Source of the DNA: Anaeromyxobacter sp.
GTDB taxonomy: Bacteria > Myxococcota > Myxococcia > Myxococcales > Anaeromyxobacteraceae
Length of the DNA stretch: 64,000 bases
Reading direction: 5' to 3'
Assembly (NCBI GenBank): GCA_049840735.1
Contig: JASGJN010000022.1
Location: forward strand, 128,001-192,000
Each line of letters begins with the position of its first letter. Positions within the stretch are counted from its first letter, which is position 1. A program made the translations under genes and the position numbers. Under the pieces are notes generated by a model, which was not told the origin of the DNA, made no database searches, and was given only the letters and a program-made list of their open reading frames with translations. Shown one piece after another: positions 1-12,223 of this stretch.

Positions 1-1
1 C

Positions 2-826
2 AAGCTGTGGATCGTCGGGGCCGTGGTGCTGGCGGCTGGCTGCAGCAAGGACCCGTACGACGACACCAAGGGCGGCACGCCCACCATCCTCTCCGTGCTC
101 GGCACGGTGACGGACGGTGAGACGGGCATCCTGAGCGTCGCGGGCGTCGCGCCCACGACCGAGGGCGGCAGCTGGGTGGTCGCCGACCTCCCCGAAGGCC
201 ACACCGGCTTCGTGGTCAAGTACAACAAGCTGCTCGACGGCGCGTCGATCCAGACGGAGTGGGACTCGTGCGTGCCGCTGAGCCTCTCGGTGAACGCCGA
301 GAGCCTGCCGGCCGACTGGTTCACCTGCTACAGCCCCGGCACCGCCACGGTGGAGGAGGGCGCCTCGGTCATCATCTACCCGGGCACCGACGTGGTGAAG
401 GGCGACCAGGGGTCCGGCTGGATGGCCAACTCGGAGCTCCTGCCGGGCTTCTACGTCATCTCGTCCACGGTCGCAGACAAGTCCGGGGCCGAGAGCATCA
501 TCAACATCGACGCCCGCGTGGCGCCGGTGCTGGTGGACGACACGATCACGGACACGACGGCGCTCCTGGTCTGGACGCCTGACGCGATCGGCGGGACGGG
601 CCAGGAGATTCGGCGCGCCACCGTCACCGAGGGCGTGGCCGGCGCGTTCGAGAAGCTCGCCGACCTCACCTCCGACGTGGGCGAGTTCGAGGACACGGGC
701 CTGACGCCGTCCACGGACACCACCGACTCGGTCTACGTGTACCGGCTGGTGGTGCTCGGCACGGACACGCTCACCGCGACCAGCCAGGATCTCGAGATCC
801 TGATGGAGCCGACCCCGGCTCCGTAG
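2..826 (+). CDS. Putative lipoprotein with C-terminal FN3-like region (5' end outside window)
   Basis: Frame is open from base 2 (KLWIVGAVVLAAGC, lipobox LAAG-C). C-terminal LVWTP...FEDTGLTP...YVYRLV resembles fibronectin type III. Confidence 0.6.
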   Translation, partial: KLWIVGAVVLAAGCSKDPYDDTKGGTPTILSVLGTVTDGETGILSVAGVAPTTEGGSWVVADLPEGHTGFVVKYNKLLDGASIQTEWDSCVPLSLSVNAESLPADWFTCYSPGTATVEEGASVIIYPGTDVVKGDQGSGWMANSELLPGFYVISSTVADKSGAESIINIDARVAPVLVDDTITDTTALLVWTPDAIGGTGQEIRRATVTEGVAGAFEKLADLTSDVGEFEDTGLTPSTDTTDSVYVYRLVVLGTDTLTATSQDLEILMEPTPAP

Positions 827-848
827 CTGAGCCTCGGCTGAGCTGAAA

Positions 849-888
849 TCAGGGGGAGCTGGCTCCGGCCAGCTCCCCCTGAGCTTTT
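849..888 (+). terminator. Intrinsic terminator
   Basis: TCAGGGGGAGCTGG-CTCCGG-CCAGCTCCCCCTGA perfect stem followed by GCTTTT, just after the stop at 826. Confidence 0.7.
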
Positions 889-905
889 GAAGGGCCCGGG
901 GTGAA

Positions 906-938
906 CCGCTCGTGGTGAGCCTGTCGAACCACGAGCGG
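906..938 (+). repeat. REP-like palindrome, short form of the TGAGC..GTCGAA family
   Basis: CCGCTCGTGGT-GAGCCTGTCGA-ACCACGAGCGG, with the same core as the copies at 2738, 13258 and 58338. Confidence 0.6.
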
Positions 939-1046
939 GAGTGCGCCCGCCTCCCCGTCCACCCGCCCTGGGCCACGATGGCGCTCGCCTCCGCCGCCCG
1001 GTCCGGCTAGTTTCCCCCTCCCACTCCAGCCGAGAGACGCCGAGCC

Positions 1047-2711
<1,665 letters not shown>

Positions 2712-2737
2712 CGAGCTACTCAGGCGCACAACGGGCA

Positions 2738-2787
2738 CCGTTCGGCCTGAGCGTAGCCGCCGCACCGCGGCGGCGAAGTCGAAGGCC
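2738..2787 (+). repeat. Dispersed structured repeat (long form)
   Basis: CCGTTCGGCCTGAGCGTAGCCGCCGC-ACC-GCGGCGGCGAAGTCGAAGGCC, matching the reverse-strand copies at 13258 and 58338. Confidence 0.8.
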
Positions 2788-2852
2788 AGGAATCCGCTGG
2801 AGGGCCACCGAGATCGCGCCGCTTCGGTCCTGCCGCGCGGCTATGCTGCCGG

Positions 2853-3467
2853 TGTGATCGCCGCGCTCGCGCTCGCCCTCTTCGCCGCCGCCCCCAGCGC
2901 GGAGGCGCTCAGCCCGCCGGCGCTCCGCCTCCCGTCCGGCGTGGTCCCGCTGCGCGGCGAGCTGGAGCTGTCGGTCGATCCGGCCGCCGAGCGGAACGCC
3001 GGGACGGTCGCTACCAGGTCCGGCTCGACGCGCCGACGCCGGTGATTTGGCTCCACGCGCACGAGGCGGTGGAGCTCACCTCCGCGTCTGTGGCCGGCGC
3101 GCCGGTGCAGGTGGTGCGCGCACCGGGCGACTTGCTCGGGCTGGTCCCCGCGGCGCCCCTGGCCGCCGGGACGGTCGACGTGAAGCTGGAGTTCACCGCG
3201 GCGGTCAGCCGGTCGGGCAAGTACCACCGGCCCCTCGGCGTGCTGACGCACCAGGACGACGCTGGCGCCTGATACGCAGAGAGCTTCTTCGAGCCGCTCG
3301 GCGCGCGCCGCGCTTTCCCCTGCTTCGACGAGCCGTCGCTTCAAGGTGGACTGCCGGCCTGGCGGCGGCAGGGCGCTGGTGATCATCGACGCCGCTACAG
3401 CTTCGAGCGGGGCGAGTGGGTGGTGCGGAGGCGGACGGTGAAGGCCTCGCGGAGTGACTTTCGATAA
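2853..3467 (+). pseudogene. N-terminal remnant of an M1 aminopeptidase N
   Basis: Signal peptide, LRLPSGVVP, VIWLHA and FFEPLGARRAFPCFDEPS (M1 motif). Frameshift near 3010, in-frame TGA at 3270-3272, and truncation long before any HEXXH site. Confidence 0.75.
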
Positions 3468-3975
3468 AGTGAAAACCCCTGTGCATCAGGAGGGGCCCTG
3501 AGTATGCGACCTTGTGGACGGGTGGTGGCGTGGTGCACGGCTCTTGTGATTTTGTCGGTGCCCGGAGGGGTTCTGGGTGGGGGAGGCGAACGAGTTGAGC
3601 CTTGGCGACAGTACGTTGGAAAAGCCGGCATGGGGCCTATAGCGGAAGAAGTGTATGTAGTCTTGAGGTCGGCCCACAATGAGCTGCTGGTGCGAGGAGT
3701 GAGTTGGAGAGGCGGAGCCGCTTCGAGTCGAGAGGTCGTCTTGGATAGGGGCTTCTCTTGCATGGCGCTCAGGCCAGCGCGGGGACACGCTCGCTGCTCT
3801 GGCCAGCCTCCTAGAATCCTGCTCCTCCTCGCCTCGGGCCTTGGCTGGCGCGGCGGCCGGGGCAGGAAGTGGGCCGAGAGCCTGGCGGCGGGCACTGCAA
3901 TCGTCGCGCTATCCACCCTGCTCGGAATCTCGCTGGCCTGGGTGAGCCGGTCCTTCGTCCTGGTGGAGGTCGGGC

Positions 3976-4581
3976 ATGAACGCTGATTCCGCCCTGGTGA
4001 CGGCCGGGCTTCTGTGGTGGCTGGCCCACGGCCTCGCCTGGTGGTGGCTCGCCAGGCGGCTGGCGGATCCCGAGGAGGCGAGCCGTGACGGTGAGGAGCG
4101 CAAGGTCCGGAGGGGCCTCCGCTGGCTGCTCGCGCTGGCCCTTTCCCTGGGAGTTCCGGTCGGCATCCCAACCGCAATCGTCTTGGTGTGGGGCCTCGAC
4201 CCAGGGGTGGTGGATCCGGCGGTGATGGGCGCCGCCTTCGGCGCGGTGATCATGTTGATCCCGCTGGTGGACCTGGCCCGCGAGGCTCGCAGGATGGAAG
4301 ATCAGCGACTCGCGGGCGAGCCCGTCGACCCTTCCTGCAGCATCTGGGTCAGCTCGGGGACCACGGGGCTGGCGGTCCCCTGGTGGTGGCCACAGGATCG
4401 CCTGGACTGGATCGCGCTGCTCGCCCTGGCGTCGGCGTGGCTCGTGAGCTGGCGGGTGGGGATCACCGTGCTCTGCGCGGCCGCCTGGGCCTGCACGATG
4501 TGGCTGCTGATGCTCGAGGCCCGGCGCCGGCCGCCGGAGCGGTGGAGGCGCCCGCGACGAGGCAAGGTTCGGGGGCCTTGA
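3976..4581 (+). CDS. Hypothetical multi-pass membrane protein
   Basis: GGAGG upstream of the ATG and several Trp-rich hydrophobic segments. No family recognised. Confidence 0.5.
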   Translation: MNADSALVTAGLLWWLAHGLAWWWLARRLADPEEASRDGEERKVRRGLRWLLALALSLGVPVGIPTAIVLVWGLDPGVVDPAVMGAAFGAVIMLIPLVDLAREARRMEDQRLAGEPVDPSCSIWVSSGTTGLAVPWWWPQDRLDWIALLALASAWLVSWRVGITVLCAAAWACTMWLLMLEARRRPPERWRRPRRGKVRGP

Positions 4582-4671
4582 GGCAGAGACGACGAAGCCC
4601 CAGGCCGCGATGGCGGACCGGACCGCGACGAGCCGTCTGCCGACCAGGCCCGCCTCAGCTGGCTGGAGCGG

Positions 4672-5107
4672 GTGGCACTGGGCGCGCTGGAGTGCGCCCT
4701 GCTGGGGGTTCCCGCCGCGTCGCGGGGGGCGGAGCCGGCGTGCGGCGAGGATCCCGCCCTATGGGCCTTCCTCCGGGTCGGCCAGGCGCACCGGGACGGG
4801 GACACGTCGTTCAGATTCGCCTGCGCCAGGGTGGACCTGGGCGGCGACGGGTCGCCCGAGGAGACGGCACCACGGGTGGCGCGACCTGGGAGTCTGGGTG
4901 GCGGGAGGGGGCGTGACGCCGCACGAAGCGGCAGTCGAGTTCAATGGGACCCGGTACGCGGGCAATCCGAGCATGACGCGGACCACTACCACCGAGAAGG
5001 GCGCCGTGCTGATCCCGAGCGACGCGCCGCTCTACGTGCTGACCCGGTTGGCGGACGCGCGCCGCGCCTCCAGCCATCTACGAGGCGGGGATCGGGCGAC
5101 GAGGTGA
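4672..5107 (+). pseudogene. Degraded secreted protein (VDLGGDGSPE ... GWRDLGVWVAGGG ... YAGNPS)
   Basis: Protein-like segments lie in two frames that switch near 4865. It looks like a conserved hypothetical family member with an internal deletion (recalled, not verified). Confidence 0.45.
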
Positions 5108-5664
5108 AGGACGGCCGGGCCCGGCTGCACTGGGACAGCCCGGTCCACCTCGCGTCGCCCGACGGTCGCTGGCGGCTGGAGCTGCGCCCCAGCGCGGAGG
5201 CCGGGAGGGCCTATCTGCGCAACGCCTCGGGCGGTGAGGCGAAGCCGCTCTTCACGGTGGATCGGGACGCGCAGCTGCGCTGGGGGCGCGCGGGCGGGCA
5301 AGACCCCCTGCTCCTGGAGGACGAGTACGCCAGCAACGAGCACCGGCTGAAGCTGTTCCGGCTGGGACGGGCGCAGCCGGAGGCCGAGACGCTCGCGATC
5401 AACGCGCTGATTGACCAGGAGTAGCAGAGGCAGCGCCCGGCCGGTCGAAAGGTCGCGTACTACTTCCCGACAGTCGCCGCCTGGGTGGCCGACGACATCA
5501 CGGTGGCCGTGGGCGTGGTGCATGCTCTCGCCGGCGGCGGCCCCTATCAAACCGACTGCAGGGGCTACGTGGTCCGCGTGGGCAACGGCCCGCGCATCCT
5601 CGCCAGGTTCTCGCAGGCGGAGCTGAAGGAGCTGCTGGGCGTGGAGTGCCAGGTCTGGCCGTAG
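5104..5664 (+). pseudogene. Hypothetical protein interrupted by an in-frame TAG
   Basis: The frame continues past TAG 5422-5424 with protein-like, GC3-rich codons (KVAYYFPTVAAW...ECQVWP) to TAG 5662-5664. Confidence 0.5.
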
Positions 5665-5795
5665 GTGGCGGCGGCTAGGTGGTGGTGGCTCGGCGGAGTC
5701 CAGGCCCTAGCGAGGCGGCCCGACGTGTCGGTTCGAAGCCTTCACCTGCCTCACCGCCCTGCCGTGCAGGTCGCAGCTCGCGATAGACTCCCAGT

Positions 5796-6818
5796 ATGAA
5801 GCTCCGCCGCCCGGCCCTCGCCGCTGCCCTGGCCCTGCTCGCCGCCTGCAACTCGTCCAGCGGCGCCGCCACCACGCCCCCGGTCGATCCGCCTCCGCCG
5901 CTGGCGCCGGGGCCGCTCTTCACCGGCGCCGTCCCCTGGAACGACCCGGTCGACGCCGCCCCGCTCTCGGACAGTTCCACGGCCATGCTGGACGCGCTGG
6001 AGTCGGCCGGCGGCTGGGGCATGGGGAACGTCCTGCGCATCGACTTCTCGCTGGCGGTGATCCCCGGCGACGCGAACAGCGCGCGGGTGCCGCTGGTGAA
6101 GCGGAGCGGCTACTGGGCGCCGGACTGCGACGACCTGGCCAGCTTCCCGCTGCCGGCCGGCGGCGCGGCGGAGGGGTCGAGCAGCTACGCCTGCAGCGGC
6201 GGCGACTGCCACGTGCTGGTGGTGGACCAGGACGCGGGCGTGCTCTACGAGTCCTACATCTCCAACCAGACCAGCGCCGGGCTGCAGTCGCGGTGCGCGG
6301 TGGCCTGGGATCTCGGAAAGGACTACGGCGCCACCCTGCGCGGAGACCAGTGCACCAGCGCCGACGCGGCCGGGCTGCCCATGGCCGCCTTGCTCTTCAC
6401 CGCCGACGAGGTGGCGGCCGGGTCAATCGACCACGCCATCCGCTTCATCCTGCCCAACGAGCGGATGCGGGCCGGCGTCTACGTCCGCCCCGCCACCCAC
6501 GCCGGCGCGCCCTCCGGCGGCGACGCGCTCCCGCCCTACGGCACCCGGCTGCGGCTGCGGGCCGACTACCCGCTGGACACGCTCCCCAGCGACGGCGCGC
6601 GGGTGGTGGCGGTGGCGCTGCAGCGGTACGGGATGGTCCTGGCCGACGGCGGCAACATGGCGCTCACCGCGGCGGACGACCGGTTCACGGCGCACGGCTG
6701 GGACGAGGTGGGGATCGACACCCGCTCCCTGGCGGCGCTGTCCACCGGGGACTTCGAGGTCGTGGATCCGGGCGCCGAGCCAATCGCGATCACCTACGAC
6801 TGCGTGCGGGTGCCGTGA
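5796..6818 (+). CDS. Conserved hypothetical lipoprotein
   Basis: Lipobox LAAC. Motifs GDCHVLVVD..LYE, SADAAGLP, IDHAIRF and ALQRYGMVLADGG. Typical codon bias. Confidence 0.75.
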   Translation: MKLRRPALAAALALLAACNSSSGAATTPPVDPPPPLAPGPLFTGAVPWNDPVDAAPLSDSSTAMLDALESAGGWGMGNVLRIDFSLAVIPGDANSARVPLVKRSGYWAPDCDDLASFPLPAGGAAEGSSSYACSGGDCHVLVVDQDAGVLYESYISNQTSAGLQSRCAVAWDLGKDYGATLRGDQCTSADAAGLPMAALLFTADEVAAGSIDHAIRFILPNERMRAGVYVRPATHAGAPSGGDALPPYGTRLRLRADYPLDTLPSDGARVVAVALQRYGMVLADGGNMALTAADDRFTAHGWDEVGIDTRSLAALSTGDFEVVDPGAEPIAITYDCVRVP

Positions 6819-6819
6819 G

Positions 6820-7221
6820 GTGGCCTTCCCGTCCTTCCGCGTGAGCTCCATCGACGACCTCCTGGCCCGCCAGACGCCGGCGGTGGCGGCGCTGGTCCAG
6901 GCGGCGCGCCGCCGCGTCCAGGAGGTGGTCCCGGAGGCGGCGGAGCGGCTCCGCGCAGGCTGGGGGATCATCGGCTACGACGCGCCACGCTACTTCGCCT
7001 TCGTCGCGCCGGCGAAGGACCATGTCCGGATCGGCTTCGAGCGCGGGGTGCTGCTGGACGATCCGGCGGGGCTGCTGCAGGGCGAGGGGACACAGGTCCG
7101 CCACGTGGAGATCCGCGCCGCGCGCCAGCTCCGGTCGGCCGCGCTGGCCGCGCTGCTCAGGCAGGCGGCGAGGCTGGGCGGGTCGGGGAAGGCGCGGCGC
7201 AAGGCGGCTGGCCGGCGCTGA
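6820..7221 (+). CDS. DUF1801/YdhG-like protein
   Basis: VVPEAAE..GWGIIGY..HVRIGFERGVLLDDPAGLLQGEGTQVRHV pattern. Confidence 0.75.
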   Translation: MAFPSFRVSSIDDLLARQTPAVAALVQAARRRVQEVVPEAAERLRAGWGIIGYDAPRYFAFVAPAKDHVRIGFERGVLLDDPAGLLQGEGTQVRHVEIRAARQLRSAALAALLRQAARLGGSGKARRKAAGRR

Positions 7222-7479
7222 CGGCTCCGGGGGGGGCGCCGTCCGCTGCAGATGCCCGTTGCCTCGCGGCGGTTGGCCGGGCCAGCGGGGAGGTCGAGGT
7301 GGCGGAGGCGTTCGCGGGCGCGCTGGAGCGACTCGGCCCGCGGCGGGCCCAGGTCCCTGCGGAGGGAAACCCGGCGTGAACGATGCGCGGGACGCGTTGT
7401 GCCTCCGAGCGCGGACCGGGCCCGGTTACGGTGCGATAGGTCCTCCGTCGAGCTGCTCGGCGGAGCCCTGGAGGCTTTG

Positions 7480-9013
7480 ATGCCCACGCTCCGCACTGCC
7501 GCCCGCGTCCTGCTCTTCTCCCGCAGACGCATCCTCGCCGCCGGCCTCGTGCTCGGGCTGGTGCTCCTCCCGACTCCGGCGCGCGCCGACGCGGGCATCC
7601 CCATGCTCGCGCTCCTCTGGCCCGCCTCCTGGGTCCTGTTCCTGCCCGTTGTCGCCCTCGAGGCCTGGCTGGCCCGGCGGATATACGAATACGATCTGTT
7701 CAAGCATCTCGTGTCCGTGAGCAGGGCCGGGGGGGAGAGCGAGAAGCTCTACTATGCTCCCGGGGGCGAGTTGCTCTATCGCCAGATCGGAAGCCGCTTC
7801 GTCTTCTACATGGGGGAATACGGGACGATCACCGCGACTGGACAGGCCGGATGCTCGGGCGCGGCCTGCGCTCCCGCTGCTCCTGCGTTGGATGCTCACG
7901 TCATCTTCGCCGGGACGAGATTGGCGAGCTTCAGGCCGAGTCGTTCTCTCTATTACTACAGAAGCCGGCTGGGGTCGGTCGTTGCCACTACGCTGGGGGG
8001 TGCCAGCCTTCGGGCGGGTTATCGCTACAGCGTGTATGGCGAGACGGAGGCTCGAACGGACTGGGACTCCAACGGCGATGGGCAGATTAACGAGCTGGAC
8101 GACAGCTACTCGGAGTTGGGCTACACCAATGCCGTGCGGCTCAGCGGTTCGCTTATCCACCTGAAGAACCGAGTCTACGACGCGCAGGCTCGCGTGTTCC
8201 TCCAGTGCGACACGGTCGACCGGTTGCGCTATGCGTATGTGGAGGGCGATCCCGTGAACGGGGCGGATCCGACCGGGCTGGCCACCACCCAGACCTCGGC
8301 TCAATCGGGAGGCGAGAAGGTTTATTACGTGCGCCGCGGGGACGAGTTGCAGGTTGTAACCAGGAGCGCCAATGGGAAGCTGAGTATCGTGGCGAGTTTG
8401 GACACTGCGCACCTTACTGCCGAAAACGTGAAGGCGTTTGCGGATAAGGTAGCACTCGCGGTCGAAAAGACTGAGCGCGGTGCCGCGGGGCGGTGGTCGG
8501 GTGAGGGGGCAGCCAAGTTTGGTTCGGTCACGGGGACCGCGAACGGGGTGACGACTTCCATCGTGTCTCTCCGTGAAGGCACCAACCTCGACATCTCGAT
8601 CGAGAATCGTCATGGCAACATCACGTATCGCGACAATAACCCCGGAAACTTGAGAATCGAGTGGCGCGCAGGTGGGCCACGATCCGGCGGGATTCGCCAT
8701 CTTTGGGTCGAGCCTGGAAGGGTTCGACGCGATGGATGATCTTCTGCGGGGCCCCAATTACATCGACAAGACGATCGACGAAGCGATTGCGAAGTATGCT
8801 CCTCGCAAGGACAATAACAAGACGTCCGAATATCAGCAGAGGGTCAGAGATGCGGCGGGGGTGAGTGGCAAGACGCGCCTGTCCGATCTCAGCGACAGTC
8901 AGTTTGAGCGCATGGAGCGGCAGATGTGGCGTGAGGAGGGGTTCTTCAATAACTTGAGGGATGGGAACCCGTGGACGAAGACCAGGAGTTACAGTATCGA
9001 GCCGCTGCCGTAG
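7480..9013 (+). CDS. Chimeric orphan Rhs module: membrane-protein N-terminus, Rhs core end, and lysozyme-like C-terminal toxin (frameshift near 8660)
   Basis: GGAGG and ATG at 7480. Rhs core motifs LGSVV, YSVYGE, LGYT, LKNRVYD..RVFLQCD and YAYVEGDPVNGADPTGL (ending 8280). Then NNPGNL, and in the next frame GFAIF, TIDEAIAKYAP..DNNKTSEY and MWREEG. Confidence 0.8.
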
Positions 9014-9050
9014 GGTCGTTGGTCTCCATGCCCCGAGGGTGAGGCAGGTT

Positions 9051-9797
9051 ATGCGCTACATGGTGTTGGCTCTGCTGTTCGTGGGCGTGTGTCAACCGGC
9101 GTGGGTCTGGGCGGATCAGCCGACGAAGGGGTATGTCGAGGCGGCAAGCGTTCGGTATGGACCAGCCGGAGGAGAGGCCGGTGTACGGGTCGCGCTGTAT
9201 GTCGACGAGCGAATGACCAAGGACGTCCAGGGCCAGTTGTGGGGGCAGGGAGATTGGGCCGATGTCCTCCCGGCGGCATCGCCCGTCCGAAAGTCCTTCG
9301 CCGGGAATGCGCCCCGGCCAGCGCTGCTCGTCTTGCGGAATGAGCAGGGCGTGACCCTGGATCGACGGACTCTCGAGGTTGTCCTCGCACGCGTGGAGCA
9401 ATGGCCTGCCGGCATATCTCCAGATCGATCGTTGCTCTTAACCCTCGACTATACCGCTGGTGCGGGGTCCTATGGTGGGCTGGTCACGATGGTGGTCGGG
9501 GTAGTTGGGGGAAGGTTGGTGGATGTGTCGGCTGCAGATGAGTCGGCCGCGAACGGCCCGATACTGTTTTCTCGAACTGGAAAAGCGGACTGGAAATTCG
9601 CTCCGGGTTCCCCGCTTTCAGTACTCGCCGTGTCCTGTGAAAGAGCCGAGAACGGCGACGATGCTGCCGGCACGGGGTTCGAGTTGCTCTTGGAGCGGTA
9701 TGTGTATTCCAATGGGCGGTGGAGCGTGAGTAGGAGGAAGGCGACCGGTTATTGGGAGGTGGGTTACCCGTTCCCGTCTTTGAGGCGGTTCCCGTAG
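9051..9797 (+). CDS. Secreted protein, candidate periplasmic immunity protein of the Rhs toxin
   Basis: Lies directly downstream of the toxin, has the signal peptide MRYMVLALLFVGVCQPAWVWA, and shares the low-GC composition of the toxin tip. Confidence 0.65.
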   Translation: MRYMVLALLFVGVCQPAWVWADQPTKGYVEAASVRYGPAGGEAGVRVALYVDERMTKDVQGQLWGQGDWADVLPAASPVRKSFAGNAPRPALLVLRNEQGVTLDRRTLEVVLARVEQWPAGISPDRSLLLTLDYTAGAGSYGGLVTMVVGVVGGRLVDVSAADESAANGPILFSRTGKADWKFAPGSPLSVLAVSCERAENGDDAAGTGFELLLERYVYSNGRWSVSRRKATGYWEVGYPFPSLRRFP

Positions 9798-10066
9798 CGT
9801 CCTGATAGACGCTGTGGCTCAGACGGCGGGATGCAGGTCGACCTGGCGGCGCTGGCCGGCGCTCCCCGGCTGGTGCTCCTCGCCGAGGGACCCGGGGCGG
9901 TCCTGCGGTTCCGACGCGGGACTTGGAGGCGGTGCGGGCGGCCTCCGCCGCCGAGGGGGTGGGCCCCCACGTGCACGCCTTGGGCCGCCCTGTGGCCGGG
10001 GGCCGAGAAGAATCGGCCGTCCCTCGTTCGGCCGGGTGTGGTGTTGTTAGTGAGTAGATGAATGAC

Positions 10067-10099
10067 AAAGCCCCGGCCCGCCTTCGCGGACCGGGGCTT
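10067..10099 (-). terminator. Terminator downstream of tsf
   Basis: AAGCCCCGG...CCGGGGCTT stem about 25 nt after the tsf stop, followed by TTTGT on the minus strand. Confidence 0.6.
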
Positions 10100-10125
10100 C
10101 TGACCTTCAGCAGGCTGCCGCTGAC

Positions 10126-10785
<660 letters not shown>

Positions 10786-10871
10786 GGTTCTTCTCCCTTC
10801 AAACGTTCGGGGGCGGACCTCGTCGGTCCGCCCCCGGATAAGGAAATTCCGGTACTGCGAACTTGTGCGAC

Positions 10872-11897
<1,026 letters not shown>

Positions 11898-11904
11898 CTG
11901 ATCT

Positions 11905-12027
11905 TCCTTCCGGTTGTAGTCCGCCACTCCACGTCTGACCGGCGCGCCGTACGTCCGGAGCGGACGCCGTGAGGGCCGTTCCACCGGAGAGCACCGGAGC
12001 GCGCCGTGCTCGGGAGTGTGTGAATTT
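11905..12027 (-). ncRNA. rpsB leader (t44-like cis-regulatory RNA)
   Basis: Minus strand reads ATTCACACAC...CCGGTGC...GGAGTGGCGGAC...AAC directly upstream of rpsB, consistent with t44/S2 autoregulatory leader hallmarks. Ends approximate. Confidence 0.6.
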
Positions 12028-12223
12028 ACTGCTCCGCGACGTCCACGATGGACGGCTGCGGCCCGCTCCGCCTGGGCGGTGCGGGGGACGGTCATCTAAC
12101 ACAACCAGGCGGGCACCGCAAGGCTGGTTGGGTGATGCCGGGCACCCTGTATTCAGCTGCAAATACGGGCACATCGCCGCTCGCCGGCCCCCAGGGATCA
12201 TCACCCGGAGCGAACGCCGGCGC

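Noticed and set aside
3270..3272. In-frame TGA as selenocysteine
   Set aside because: It falls in a truncated aminopeptidase remnant at a probable Trp position (GA*YAESF), not a Cys/redox site, and I see no convincing SECIS.
3504..3986. 160-aa ORF in the fragment zone
   Set aside because: Atypical codon use and no recognisable motif. It may be a patchwork of remnants, so it is not called as a CDS.
3400..10060. Integron cassette array
   Set aside because: Genes are co-oriented, but I found no repeated attC-like RYYYAAC/GTTRRRY sites and no integrase.
9800..10060. Short ORFs between the immunity candidate and the tsf terminator
   Set aside because: No clear start, RBS or motif. At most a small gene remnant.
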